Virus record (IMG/VR): IMGVR_UViG_3300033183_000299
Coordinates: 119,931-183,930 of that record
Reading direction: 5' to 3' (one strand)
From: a virus
DNA length: 64,000 bases
The notes below the pieces were generated by a model, which was given only the letters and a program-made list of their open reading frames with translations, did not search any database and was not told where the DNA came from. The position numbers and the translations under genes are program-made. This document shows positions 16,050-25,811 of the stretch, one piece after another. Every line of letters starts with the position of its first letter. The stretch's first letter is position 1.

Positions 16050-17312
16050 TTATAAATCTATTTTCATTTTAAATGTAAACTCATCATTAATAGTTTTCTT
16101 AACTGGTTTCGCCATTGATGTTATAGCGATCAAATTACCATCTTCATCATAGATGTTTACTTTAGATATATATGTTGTCTTCTCAAATGAAGCAGATGCG
16201 TAAGATGCAGAAACTACATTTGCTATATTTGTTGAGCCTTCTACAAATCTATAACCAGAACCTGTTACATTAACCTTATCTTCTTCTAAGTTTCTATAGG
16301 TTGGATTGTTTGAATGATTAAGGTGTCCCTTTTTAGCATGGGCAAACATAGTCATTGTGTTAACATAGTTTGTCCCCTCGAAGTTAAGATCAAACGAGGC
16401 AGACGCTAGAGAGTTTGACGACCCAGTTGTATCATTTAAGGTTGTAGCAAAGTTGGTCCATCTTAAACTGTCTTGACCAAACGGAGGAAAGAATATTAAT
16501 TCCTCTGTTGGATTTAAAGCTGCCGAACTAGTAAGCATGACTATGCCTTCATCATACATCACAAGCCCAACTACAGATCCAGAGGTTGAACCATATGTGC
16601 CTATCAACTCTCCATTGTGATTAACATCCGCACAGGTAGCAGCTTTAGAACCAGTGAGATAATATGAAAGCTCAACCGAGCCTTTTTTGATGGATGATCC
16701 ATAATACATGCTAGGGATATTTATCAAATTTACAGTTGACTCTAGCAAGTTTCTTTGAAGAATAGATGAAGAAAATTCAAAGTGATTAGAAAGTGTTGTA
16801 TACTTCTTCGCAACGTTTTGTAGAGCCGATGCTGTTAAATTTATTGGGTTGTCAAAATTAACTACTTGAGAGTAGGTTCTTTGTCTGGATGCATCCCAAT
16901 AGTCAACCGTAGTTGATGAAACTGCGTAAGTCAAGTTCCTGGTTATTGGAGACTCAAAAGAGTACTCACTCTCCAATTCTTGAAATGGGGGATAGACGCG
17001 CATCTTATCTGTTGCTGCATACTTCCTCTTATAGAAGTGAGCACCTGGTCCTGCATCTACTGTCTTGACTAATGGTTGAAAAACTTTTGATTTAAAAACT
17101 GGCTTCTCGGAACTAGTTTCAACAAATGGAGTTGCTGCATTTGAACCAGTCAAGTTTCTGTTTATGTCGTAGACTGGTAAACCACCGGAGCCACTTATTC
17201 TAGACTCCGAGTTGATATAGACTTGCCCCTGATAGATTAAGACATTGTATTTCGGATAAGTCTTTAGTCTGTTGATAAAGAGGTCGTCTGGTTCGAATTT
17301 AAATCTATGCAT
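16050..17312 (-). CDS. Virion structural protein (baseplate/fibre-attachment-like)
   Basis: C-terminal YISKVNIYDEDGNLIAITSMAKPVKK...FKMKIDL; paralogous to the next gene. Confidence 0.6.
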   Translation of the reverse strand: MHRFKFEPDDLFINRLKTYPKYNVLIYQGQVYINSESRISGSGGLPVYDINRNLTGSNAATPFVETSSEKPVFKSKVFQPLVKTVDAGPGAHFYKRKYAATDKMRVYPPFQELESEYSFESPITRNLTYAVSSTTVDYWDASRQRTYSQVVNFDNPINLTASALQNVAKKYTTLSNHFEFSSSILQRNLLESTVNLINIPSMYYGSSIKKGSVELSYYLTGSKAATCADVNHNGELIGTYGSTSGSVVGLVMYDEGIVMLTSSAALNPTEELIFFPPFGQDSLRWTNFATTLNDTTGSSNSLASASFDLNFEGTNYVNTMTMFAHAKKGHLNHSNNPTYRNLEEDKVNVTGSGYRFVEGSTNIANVVSASYASASFEKTTYISKVNIYDEDGNLIAITSMAKPVKKTINDEFTFKMKIDL

Positions 17313-17318
17313 AGCATC

Positions 17319-18452
17319 CTAGTAGTCCAAACGTGCTCTAAATGTTAATTCAATATTTGAATCTTTACGGATTGGCTCAGAAAATTTACCAACAGCTAAC
17401 AACTGATTATCTGCCGAGTATAATCCGATCGACGTGATATAAGAAACTGGTGTGTCGGTTCCTTGATTCTTAACTCTAATTTGAGATCCACTAAGGTATG
17501 TTGGGTTTGCACTGTAATTAAATTCGTTATGTTTCGCACGACAGAAATAAACAGTTGAATTCAGCTCGATTGTGTTGTTGAACTGGACATTGTACATTCT
17601 AGTTCTAAATCCATTTGCTGAGCCTGAGATTTCTTCATTTACAACAGATCCTGTAAATGAGTTAGATCCTGCATCCCAAATTGCGTTACCGTTGAGCAAG
17701 AAGCCACCATCGGCATCGCCCATAAATACAGATGAAGTTAAGACTGCTACACCTGCTTGATAGTAAATCAATCCAGCTTTCCAGTAGGTGTTTCCATCTG
17801 AAAGTGTTGCTGTGTGAGTGCTGGATGTATCAAGGATACCAGTTCCTGCGGAAGCTGTGGCGTAAAGTATTCCATATTCTCCAGCTGGAGAGTTGACTTT
17901 AAATGAGTTTTCTGCTCCAAAATCTAAGATCTTAATTCTTTCACTGAAGACACTACCGTCTGTAGCGTAGGAAGCATTGGTCCCCACTTCTAATTCAAAT
18001 GACCCCTTTTTGATTTCATCTTTCGTAAGTAAGCGAGAAAATGAGACAAATGCTGCTTCATTGATCTTATCTGCTGTTGTGGAGAGGTTTCCATCTTCAT
18101 CAAACTTTTGAATATTACCATCTTGATCATAGCCCATTAAAACTTGAGCCATTTGATTATAGATGTTGTTCTTCTTTGCTGCTTGCACATCTGCAGATAC
18201 AATATCTGGGTATAATGCGGAGTCTTCACTAGCTCCAAAAGTTAGATCAAAAATATGGTTAGCTGAGGAGCTCAAATACGGATAGTCATAGACTGACTGA
18301 AACATTCCGTGAGTAAAGTCCTGAACATTTGAGGGTTCACCGGCATCAACATATGTTCCACTAACAATCGTACCAGTGATGGGGATCGCTTCGTGTAATA
18401 AAGTTTTAGTTGAAATTCTGTCGTCTGCTGCTAATGGTTTGAAGATAGTCAT
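17319..18452 (-). CDS. Virion structural protein (baseplate/fibre-attachment-like)
   Basis: Shares IKKGS, G.I.Y..G, N.S.NPTY and YITSIGLY...LLAV.K...PIRK...F..RLD blocks with 16050..17312. Confidence 0.6.
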   Translation of the reverse strand: MTIFKPLAADDRISTKTLLHEAIPITGTIVSGTYVDAGEPSNVQDFTHGMFQSVYDYPYLSSSANHIFDLTFGASEDSALYPDIVSADVQAAKKNNIYNQMAQVLMGYDQDGNIQKFDEDGNLSTTADKINEAAFVSFSRLLTKDEIKKGSFELEVGTNASYATDGSVFSERIKILDFGAENSFKVNSPAGEYGILYATASAGTGILDTSSTHTATLSDGNTYWKAGLIYYQAGVAVLTSSVFMGDADGGFLLNGNAIWDAGSNSFTGSVVNEEISGSANGFRTRMYNVQFNNTIELNSTVYFCRAKHNEFNYSANPTYLSGSQIRVKNQGTDTPVSYITSIGLYSADNQLLAVGKFSEPIRKDSNIELTFRARLDY

Positions 18453-18462
18453 TTTTTATTCC

Positions 18463-19398
18463 TTATACTTTTGCGAATCTTACTGGGATATCTAAAGAGT
18501 AGCCAGTTGTCATTCCCGTAACTCTTACGATTGAGTCAATATAGCTTACTTCCTGAGGGTCTCCACCGATATCAGTAAAAGTTGTGGAGTCAGTTGATCC
18601 AATTCTATTAAACAAAAAGTCTGATACTCGTAAGTCTTGCGAAGATCTGATTTTAAATTCTAAAGTAGATGCAATTGGTCCGTCGATAGGAGTTGATGAG
18701 TCATTTGGATTTTCTTGGCTTGGAGTTCGAACAAACGCATCACCTGGCTGCTTTGTAAAGATATAGGTAGCAATGTAGTCATCATCTCTTGAAGCAAAGC
18801 CTGGGAAACTCTTTCCGTCTTTAGAGACAATTTGACCAAGACGATCATCAATCTCTACCATGAATTGTGTTTCAATTAAAGATTCGTCAATCTCAGTAAC
18901 ATCTGTTGAGTCAATACCTGCGTCGACACGAATGTATCCACCAAGAGTATCAGTATCTCTACCATACAAAAATCCGTCTCTAACTCCATTAGAGTCATAT
19001 CCAATTGCTGTGGTGGTTCCAAGTTCTCTATCGTCGAACGTTCTCTTATCAACACACACAACGTAATTGTTGTCTGTGGTTTGACGAGCTTGTGGAGGAA
19101 CGGTGTTTAGCCTCAATACTGGTAAGTAAAGGAGGTTTTGATTCGCTAGAGAAAGCAGCTTAGATTTCATCATGGAACCATTGTTTGTGAATGCTTCTAA
19201 AATTGGTGTTTGAAGAATTGATAGATCCTGCAAAGCGGTCGTTTGATTTAAATCAAATAAGCCGTAGTTAATCTCATCGTCTCCAAGAGCGAATTTTACA
19301 ATTGAAAAGCTATTGTTGCCTTGGGCCAATCTTCGTCGCCCTTCATCGGTTAAGACGACATCTAAAATGATATCGCCACTATTATTTTGAAAAGCCAT
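18463..19398 (-). CDS. Virion structural protein
   Basis: N-terminal VLTDEGRRRLAQG..IVKFALGDDEINY resembles tail-fibre N-terminal (DUF3751-like) domains; AGGAG RBS. Confidence 0.6.
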   Translation of the reverse strand: MAFQNNSGDIILDVVLTDEGRRRLAQGNNSFSIVKFALGDDEINYGLFDLNQTTALQDLSILQTPILEAFTNNGSMMKSKLLSLANQNLLYLPVLRLNTVPPQARQTTDNNYVVCVDKRTFDDRELGTTTAIGYDSNGVRDGFLYGRDTDTLGGYIRVDAGIDSTDVTEIDESLIETQFMVEIDDRLGQIVSKDGKSFPGFASRDDDYIATYIFTKQPGDAFVRTPSQENPNDSSTPIDGPIASTLEFKIRSSQDLRVSDFLFNRIGSTDSTTFTDIGGDPQEVSYIDSIVRVTGMTTGYSLDIPVRFAKV

Positions 19399-19453
19399 GT
19401 GTTCTTTCTCCTATTCTCCAATAAATAGCTTATTTTAAAGTTTATTTCTTTTT

Positions 19454-21706
19454 CTACTCAAAACTATCGTCTTTTGATAGCTTGAAACGGATGTTCAAGT
19501 CTACCTTCTTCCCTGTGTGTTTCGAGGTCACTCTTATTTTAAACAGTCTCTCTGATTCTAAAGAGAGAAGACTGCCTTCATCAAGGGTGAAACTATTTTT
19601 GTCTTCTTCGCTAAATATGAGCCTGTTGAAATTAGGAGTGATTTTCATTATCCTCTTCATCATTTTTTGATAATTATAGTTCTTATCTTTGGGGTACCTA
19701 TATTGCTTAACGTTTATTTTATACTCATCCGAGTCTCTCAAGAGTTCAACTTCATAGGGAATAGTCAAGTTTGATGGCGTACCGTGATAGGTTAAGGCTC
19801 GAAAAGCATAATAGTACTTTTCATTCACCATAATGTTGTCTGAAAAGAAACCATTCATATTATCTAATTCTGAGATTGGGAAACTTGTATTGTTGCCTAG
19901 GAAAACGAGAGAGGATTTATCATCAACTGTTGTCAAAAAAGCATCTTCAAAATCAACCTCCGAAGCTGGCGGTTGTCGGGTCCTATAAACTTCATAAATA
20001 CCTGTGAAGTAATCTGGGCTCACCTTGTTACCTTTTGATATAGACAGTAGGTCGACAAGTCTCCTATCCCTTTCAGTTAGAGGCAAAAGGTCTCTCATGA
20101 CTTCTTCATTGCCCATTGAAGATACGCTTTCTACAGTAAAGAAGTTTGGACTAAATGTAAAATTTATAGACGGCTCTGTTTTTGAGTTATAAAAATTAAC
20201 TTGAGGAGGTAACGTTGGAGAGTCTACAAAAGCAACCTCATCGTAGTCCACTTCGTACTCTAAAACTTGAAAAGATGGCGAGATGTCAACGTCAACATAG
20301 GCTCTATATTCCTCATCTATAATTGAAGAGTATTCCGATGGAGAAAACGATGGGCTTTCACCTTCTGGAGATTGAAGTGTTATATCGTCAATATTGTAGA
20401 AGAGGTTTGAATAGCTATACGAACTACCCAGTATTCCAAGTAAAACCTTTGTCTTGTAGATATATCTTCGTCCATACTTTAGTTGAGTATCGATGAAGTC
20501 CTTGTCGTTTGTATAGTATGTTTGGATTGGTCCAGTTGCATCATTGTCTAGGTACTTCTCTATCTTATATCCCAAAAAGAATGTTTTCGATGAACTAGAG
20601 TTAAGTATGTTTCTTAGGTCTCTAGATTCCGAGTTTATAAATTGTCTCATCTCGGATAGAAATCTAACAGCAGATACTTGGTTAGCAAAACGCATTGAAT
20701 CGTGAGAGTGGCGAATTTGATCCTCAGGCAAAAGAAAGACTTCGTCCGACATTTCTGTCATATTAATTATTCTTGTAGAGGTCATCATTTGTATTAAATC
20801 ATAAAGCCTGACTGTTTGGGACTCTCCCATTATTCTAAAGCTAAGCTGTTGAAAGGTCAAATTTTGCTTAATTGATTGAAACAAGTTCTTGGTCTTTCCG
20901 TGCTTGTCTAAAATATCTTTAAATTGCGAGTACCTCACATTTGATCCCAACAAGGGCAATGTCTTCTTATAATGAAATGGGAAAGCCGTTGGGCCCATTA
21001 GCGGTTGGGTCCCTAAAACAACTGTCGATACGGCGAGAGGGTGATCTGCTCGCTGAGTTGTTTGAAGGTCAAAAATGTTTCTCTGCTTTGTAGATATTTC
21101 ATTAACAATTCCATCATATGAGGATACTCTATTCGGAAATTGATTCATGGCGGTCATAAGTGTTGACTTGTTCGTAATCATGAAACCAGATGCGTCATCA
21201 AATGTAGTCTTGATGTCTGCTAGTTTCCGAACTGCTTCTGACTTTTCTTTATAAGGATAAGATACAAGATTCCAATTAAGAAGGGAATTGGAGTTATATC
21301 TTTTCGTAGAATCCTCATATGATGCGTTGTGATAGTTCTTGTGAAAAGAGTTTTCGATGTCTGGTGTGTAGAAGTCGAATTGATGATCAACAAAAGATGA
21401 TCCATTCGATACAATAGAATTAACATACTCTTCCCATTGAAGATAGTCTCTGAAGGTTCGAGGCTCTCCGGTGAAATAAATTCTAGCCTTCTTTGTTGGA
21501 ATAAGAGTTTGAGTATTCGTCTCTAGTGTCTCAATGTGATGCTTCTTTATTCGTGTCTTAAAATTTACAAATTGAGTTGGCATGCTAGTTGTGGAGGGTC
21601 TCTCCTGCTCCGGAGAGAAGTATGATCCTATCTCGGCTCTAAGCTTGTCTGGGGCATCTTCTAGAGATGTGACTACATTCTGCGTGTCTACTATAATAGG
21701 CATCAA
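19454..21706 (-). CDS. Large hypothetical protein in the tail/baseplate module
   Basis: 750 aa ORF, coupled to neighbours. Confidence 0.6.
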   Translation of the reverse strand: MMPIIVDTQNVVTSLEDAPDKLRAEIGSYFSPEQERPSTTSMPTQFVNFKTRIKKHHIETLETNTQTLIPTKKARIYFTGEPRTFRDYLQWEEYVNSIVSNGSSFVDHQFDFYTPDIENSFHKNYHNASYEDSTKRYNSNSLLNWNLVSYPYKEKSEAVRKLADIKTTFDDASGFMITNKSTLMTAMNQFPNRVSSYDGIVNEISTKQRNIFDLQTTQRADHPLAVSTVVLGTQPLMGPTAFPFHYKKTLPLLGSNVRYSQFKDILDKHGKTKNLFQSIKQNLTFQQLSFRIMGESQTVRLYDLIQMMTSTRIINMTEMSDEVFLLPEDQIRHSHDSMRFANQVSAVRFLSEMRQFINSESRDLRNILNSSSSKTFFLGYKIEKYLDNDATGPIQTYYTNDKDFIDTQLKYGRRYIYKTKVLLGILGSSYSYSNLFYNIDDITLQSPEGESPSFSPSEYSSIIDEEYRAYVDVDISPSFQVLEYEVDYDEVAFVDSPTLPPQVNFYNSKTEPSINFTFSPNFFTVESVSSMGNEEVMRDLLPLTERDRRLVDLLSISKGNKVSPDYFTGIYEVYRTRQPPASEVDFEDAFLTTVDDKSSLVFLGNNTSFPISELDNMNGFFSDNIMVNEKYYYAFRALTYHGTPSNLTIPYEVELLRDSDEYKINVKQYRYPKDKNYNYQKMMKRIMKITPNFNRLIFSEEDKNSFTLDEGSLLSLESERLFKIRVTSKHTGKKVDLNIRFKLSKDDSFE

Positions 21707-21918
21707 TATCCACCTTGTCTTCTTGGTCTCATGGTTTTAGGAGCCTTCCTAACTGGAGGTTGTGGCTCTCCTTCTTCAACTTTTTCCAAGAGAGATAGTA
21801 TCCCGGATTTGTTTGGGTCTTGTTTCACTATGATTGAAGTTTGAAATTTTCTAGTTGAAGCTGAAACATCGAGTTGCTCATCAAAGCCCTCGGTTTCAAA
21901 AAAGTCTTGCGCTGCCAT
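21703..21918 (-). CDS. Small hypothetical protein
   Basis: Fills the gap between two large ORFs; GAGG RBS. Confidence 0.55.
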   Translation of the reverse strand: MAAQDFFETEGFDEQLDVSASTRKFQTSIIVKQDPNKSGILSLLEKVEEGEPQPPVRKAPKTMRPRRQGGY

Positions 21919-21920
21919 AT

Positions 21921-24020
21921 CTAACCTCGTATATAAATAAGATTACTATAAATAGTAGCAGCGAATTTATCTTTTACAATTCCCAATTCTGGTATCTCAT
22001 AGTCATAAGCCTTCGCCAAGATTGGCCTTCCTGAGTTTAGCACATCTCCCCTTAAGTCTTTATAGATAGGCTTATAAACGTCTAGGAAACCTTCTGCGTC
22101 CTTTTCAAAGCCAACAAGGGCTCTTATAAGGAAGATGTTTTTCTGTGTCTCCTCAATGATCTCACGAGACTCTGCGTTCTTGAGAGGATCGGATTGCGGG
22201 TTTGGACTAAACTCCGGAGTCATCATATATTTAATTTGTGGAGGAATATCTTCTAGTTGTATTTCCTTTTTCATTATCATAGCTCTAGAGTTTGATTTTG
22301 GATTCGTTAATTGTATCTCTCTTATGGATCCGATGGCCTTTTCTTTTCTTAAGAACCTTCTTGGTACAATATCCGATACAATAGATAGGATCCTCTTATC
22401 TTCACGCTTCATAACTCTTCTAAGGCTTGAAATCAAACTGGTCGTACTAATTGTTGAAAATTGTGACGCATCTCCAAGCAATTCTTTTGCATCAACGTAG
22501 GGGTCGATCTCTTGTTCTGTCGCTCTACCCAAGAGAGTCTTCTTTGGTGGCCCAACCTGTATGTTAAAGCTAGACATGATATCTCCAGACATCCTACCTT
22601 TAGACAGACTATTTGGAAACACTTGAGAGTTCATTTGTTGCGCTCTTGCTGATTTTGCTAGCCTAAACTGCCTAACTTCATTAATGGGCATATTAAACAT
22701 CCCACGATTTGTCGAGATGCTTTTATCTCCGAGAACCAGTTTGGATGGCGTAAGACACGATGGCGCGTTGTCTAATCTAGAGAAAGAGCTTTTCTCTTGA
22801 CCGGTCAAAAACTTATTATCTATACTTAGGGAAGGGTAATACTTAGCTTTCTCTTCCATGTATCTACCTGTGTAGTCTCCGACTGTAAATTTGTTTAATC
22901 CCTTTTGGTCATTTGAGAAGACGGAATATCCAAGCTTCTCTTTCTCTATGTCTAGCGACTCTAGAGCATAGACTTCTAACTTATTAGATTGTGTTTGTGA
23001 AGAGTTGATTCTTGAATATTTATTATCTGTTTTAGAGTTCTTATCTTCCGATAGGTACTCTTGTCTTATCCTGTTTGATAAAAGTGCTATCTTGTTCAAG
23101 CTAGATAATATTGATGATGGGCTGCTTTTTGGAGTTGGAAGAAGAGACTTTAGTATTTCGCCATAGACACCTTTATCTACATTTTGACTGATTAGCAAAG
23201 AGGCGTTGTAGTAATTAAGAGCAGCTTTTCCAAAATCGGAATCTTTAATTCTCTGAGATCCTAGGTTTGTCGAGACACTTTCTGAATCAATACCTAATTG
23301 ACCGAGCACCGACTTTGAGTATTCTTCTTTGAATTTTAAATTTTCGTTATCGTAGTACATTCCTGTTTCGATATTGTTAAGGTATTTAGTTATAAATTTG
23401 GATGACTCGTCCAGTCTTTCGAGTATCAGATTTATATATTCCATAAAATTTGTATCTACTTGCAACTCAATTCGATAGGAAACTTTGATTAGAGACTTTC
23501 TTTCTTTCAAATCATCCGTGATCATGAGCGTCTTAACTCCCATATCTTGAAATAGGGATATCTCTTCAATCGAACAGATGATCTTCATATCGTTCAAGTC
23601 ATCTACGGTTATATTGTTGGCATCAAAAAATGAGTTTTGAGATGAGTCCTTGAGCATTTCCGGATCAAAATCTACTTTTACTCCGTTTTTTGTCTCGCCT
23701 CTTTGTTGCTTCTTTAGAATATTGTTTTCGAAAAACAATTGCGATATTTCCTTTTCGTTTGTTTCAAACTTATCATCAACCCTAACCATTAAGCTATTCA
23801 TGTTTGCTTTTTGCTTTATGATCTCTTGGCGATATAGAGATCCGCCAAGCATTTTTGTTGAGCCGTTTATTCTATCAAATAAAGGCCTATTGAGCTTGAA
23901 CATTCTTCTGGCTACTTCCGATGTTTCTAGGGCTAATGTGTTCTCGTTGATGTGACATAAGGAGATTATTTGGCCATCTTCTGTCTGTGTTTCTATGTTG
24001 AACAAAATTGATTTAGGCAT
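21921..24020 (-). CDS. Large hypothetical protein in the tail/baseplate module
   Basis: 699 aa ORF. Confidence 0.6.
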   Translation of the reverse strand: MPKSILFNIETQTEDGQIISLCHINENTLALETSEVARRMFKLNRPLFDRINGSTKMLGGSLYRQEIIKQKANMNSLMVRVDDKFETNEKEISQLFFENNILKKQQRGETKNGVKVDFDPEMLKDSSQNSFFDANNITVDDLNDMKIICSIEEISLFQDMGVKTLMITDDLKERKSLIKVSYRIELQVDTNFMEYINLILERLDESSKFITKYLNNIETGMYYDNENLKFKEEYSKSVLGQLGIDSESVSTNLGSQRIKDSDFGKAALNYYNASLLISQNVDKGVYGEILKSLLPTPKSSPSSILSSLNKIALLSNRIRQEYLSEDKNSKTDNKYSRINSSQTQSNKLEVYALESLDIEKEKLGYSVFSNDQKGLNKFTVGDYTGRYMEEKAKYYPSLSIDNKFLTGQEKSSFSRLDNAPSCLTPSKLVLGDKSISTNRGMFNMPINEVRQFRLAKSARAQQMNSQVFPNSLSKGRMSGDIMSSFNIQVGPPKKTLLGRATEQEIDPYVDAKELLGDASQFSTISTTSLISSLRRVMKREDKRILSIVSDIVPRRFLRKEKAIGSIREIQLTNPKSNSRAMIMKKEIQLEDIPPQIKYMMTPEFSPNPQSDPLKNAESREIIEETQKNIFLIRALVGFEKDAEGFLDVYKPIYKDLRGDVLNSGRPILAKAYDYEIPELGIVKDKFAATIYSNLIYIRG

Positions 24021-24021
24021 A

Positions 24022-24867
24022 TTAGTAAATCTCCGTTAGTGGGTCGTTTGGAATATTTGGATCCTCAATGGTTACCACTGGCTCTCCTTCTCTGCGTGGA
24101 CCACCGGGAGTCATTTCCCTGTTTCCAAGTAAGTCTTGCTCTATTATTGGCCCTTCATATGTTGCATAAACATCATCAGATAAGCCAACCGAGAGACCTA
24201 CATCTGAAGCTTGAACTATTTTAAAATTTTCTTCCGCCACATACCTAAGGTCCTTGTGGGGGTCGTCAGAGTGTTCCGAACCCTCCATGTAAGTGCCGTT
24301 TTGCACATGGACTGGTCCACCATATTCCTCATTTGTATCTGGATAATAAAAATACCCAGACTCCGTATTCAACTGTCCTCCGACAAATATCTTTTCTGCA
24401 GACATAGGTCCATAGAATTTGTTAAAGACATCTGATGAAAAGTTTAAATCATCAATAAAACAGGCAACATAAACATTTAAATTTCCTGGAGGTTGCAAAG
24501 TATTTAGATTAAAGACTGTTGTATATGACTTGTATTCTCCCTCAGATTTGTACATATTGAATGTATCGCAAGATTTAGCAGTAGCTCGATGTATTGCCCC
24601 CATCGGTATATCGTAAAGACTGATTAATCCATTGTCCAGCTGTGTGGCTCTATCATCCGATATAAATGCGCATTTAACTTTTAGACCAGGTATTACATTT
24701 CTCCACGAATGCATGTCTTTGTGTTCGTACATCTTTACCAATACTTTAATTTGATATTGGATTTTCAAAGGTGTTCGAGATATAACTTTCGGATCTACCG
24801 TTATTCTCTCAATATAGACATTTGGGAGATTCTCCATTCCTACAAGTTCTTTAGTCATTAGTCGCAA
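24022..24867 (-). CDS. Hypothetical protein with His-rich motif
   Basis: 281 aa ORF containing GPVHVQNGTYMEGSEHSDDPH. Confidence 0.6.
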   Translation of the reverse strand: MRLMTKELVGMENLPNVYIERITVDPKVISRTPLKIQYQIKVLVKMYEHKDMHSWRNVIPGLKVKCAFISDDRATQLDNGLISLYDIPMGAIHRATAKSCDTFNMYKSEGEYKSYTTVFNLNTLQPPGNLNVYVACFIDDLNFSSDVFNKFYGPMSAEKIFVGGQLNTESGYFYYPDTNEEYGGPVHVQNGTYMEGSEHSDDPHKDLRYVAEENFKIVQASDVGLSVGLSDDVYATYEGPIIEQDLLGNREMTPGGPRREGEPVVTIEDPNIPNDPLTEIY

Positions 24868-25811
24868 TCCTCTAAGTCTTCTGGTCCTACCCTTGTAGCA
24901 TAAATATCAAACCTATCAGTTCTTACATCTGGACATATCAATTCTTCATCCAAAAACTGACTGTTTATTTCTAGTTTCTCGACAGCTTCACACAAGACTT
25001 CTGGTTCTATTTCATTATCCACTTCAATTGAAAAGTAGTATTCAACAAAATCAGGTCGCTCTCTTTCTTCTTCGAATAAGTCACCAACAGTTGGTTGAGC
25101 GTTTATATAATCTTCTTCATCCATCAATAACCCGTTCACGATAGCAGAAAACTTCTTGGAGAACTTCAAGGGCTTCATTTGTCCACTATCAGTCATCTCG
25201 AACACTTCTAATTCAAAATTTTCTTTTTCATAGAATGAGTTGAACTCTTTCATATGGACGATGGGATCGGTCTTATTGATTTGTACAAACGTTCCATCCT
25301 CAAATGTCTCTGTTCTTATGTCTTCGGGATCACTTAAGAATGTTGTAAGTTCATTTTTCAAAGATGCTATGAAATTGAAATCAATATCAACTTGTGGTAT
25401 ATTGACTTGATCATCAAACATTTGCGATCCACTTATTTCTCCTTGAAGCATGGTTGCTTGAAAAGATGGGGTTCTATCGCTTGAATACGATGACTTACCT
25501 AAGACATAAATGTCTGACTGACGAAGATCATTTTTCTTCGTCATAATTCTTTTCTTATCCATTACCGGTGGAGACTCTACTTGTGGAGCTTCATCTTGGA
25601 AAGCACGATTGATTTTTAATTTTGGAGTTTCGGAAATGATTCTGGTGTGGGAATCTTCTTGCGCTTCATCCGTGTTTGGCAAGCGGTATATAATATCATC
25701 GTCAACAAACTCGTATGAGTGTGGTTTAAATTTACCAATAGAATAAAGGTAGCGACCGTAAGGAGTCATTTCGATTTGCATTACTTCTGTTTTTTTGTTA
25801 AAGAAAGTCAT
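24858..25811 (-). CDS. Virion structural protein
   Basis: N-terminal IEMTPYGRYLYSIG...FVDDDIIY echoes the N-terminus of 18463..19398. Confidence 0.55.
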   Translation of the reverse strand: MTFFNKKTEVMQIEMTPYGRYLYSIGKFKPHSYEFVDDDIIYRLPNTDEAQEDSHTRIISETPKLKINRAFQDEAPQVESPPVMDKKRIMTKKNDLRQSDIYVLGKSSYSSDRTPSFQATMLQGEISGSQMFDDQVNIPQVDIDFNFIASLKNELTTFLSDPEDIRTETFEDGTFVQINKTDPIVHMKEFNSFYEKENFELEVFEMTDSGQMKPLKFSKKFSAIVNGLLMDEEDYINAQPTVGDLFEEERERPDFVEYYFSIEVDNEIEPEVLCEAVEKLEINSQFLDEELICPDVRTDRFDIYATRVGPEDLEDCD

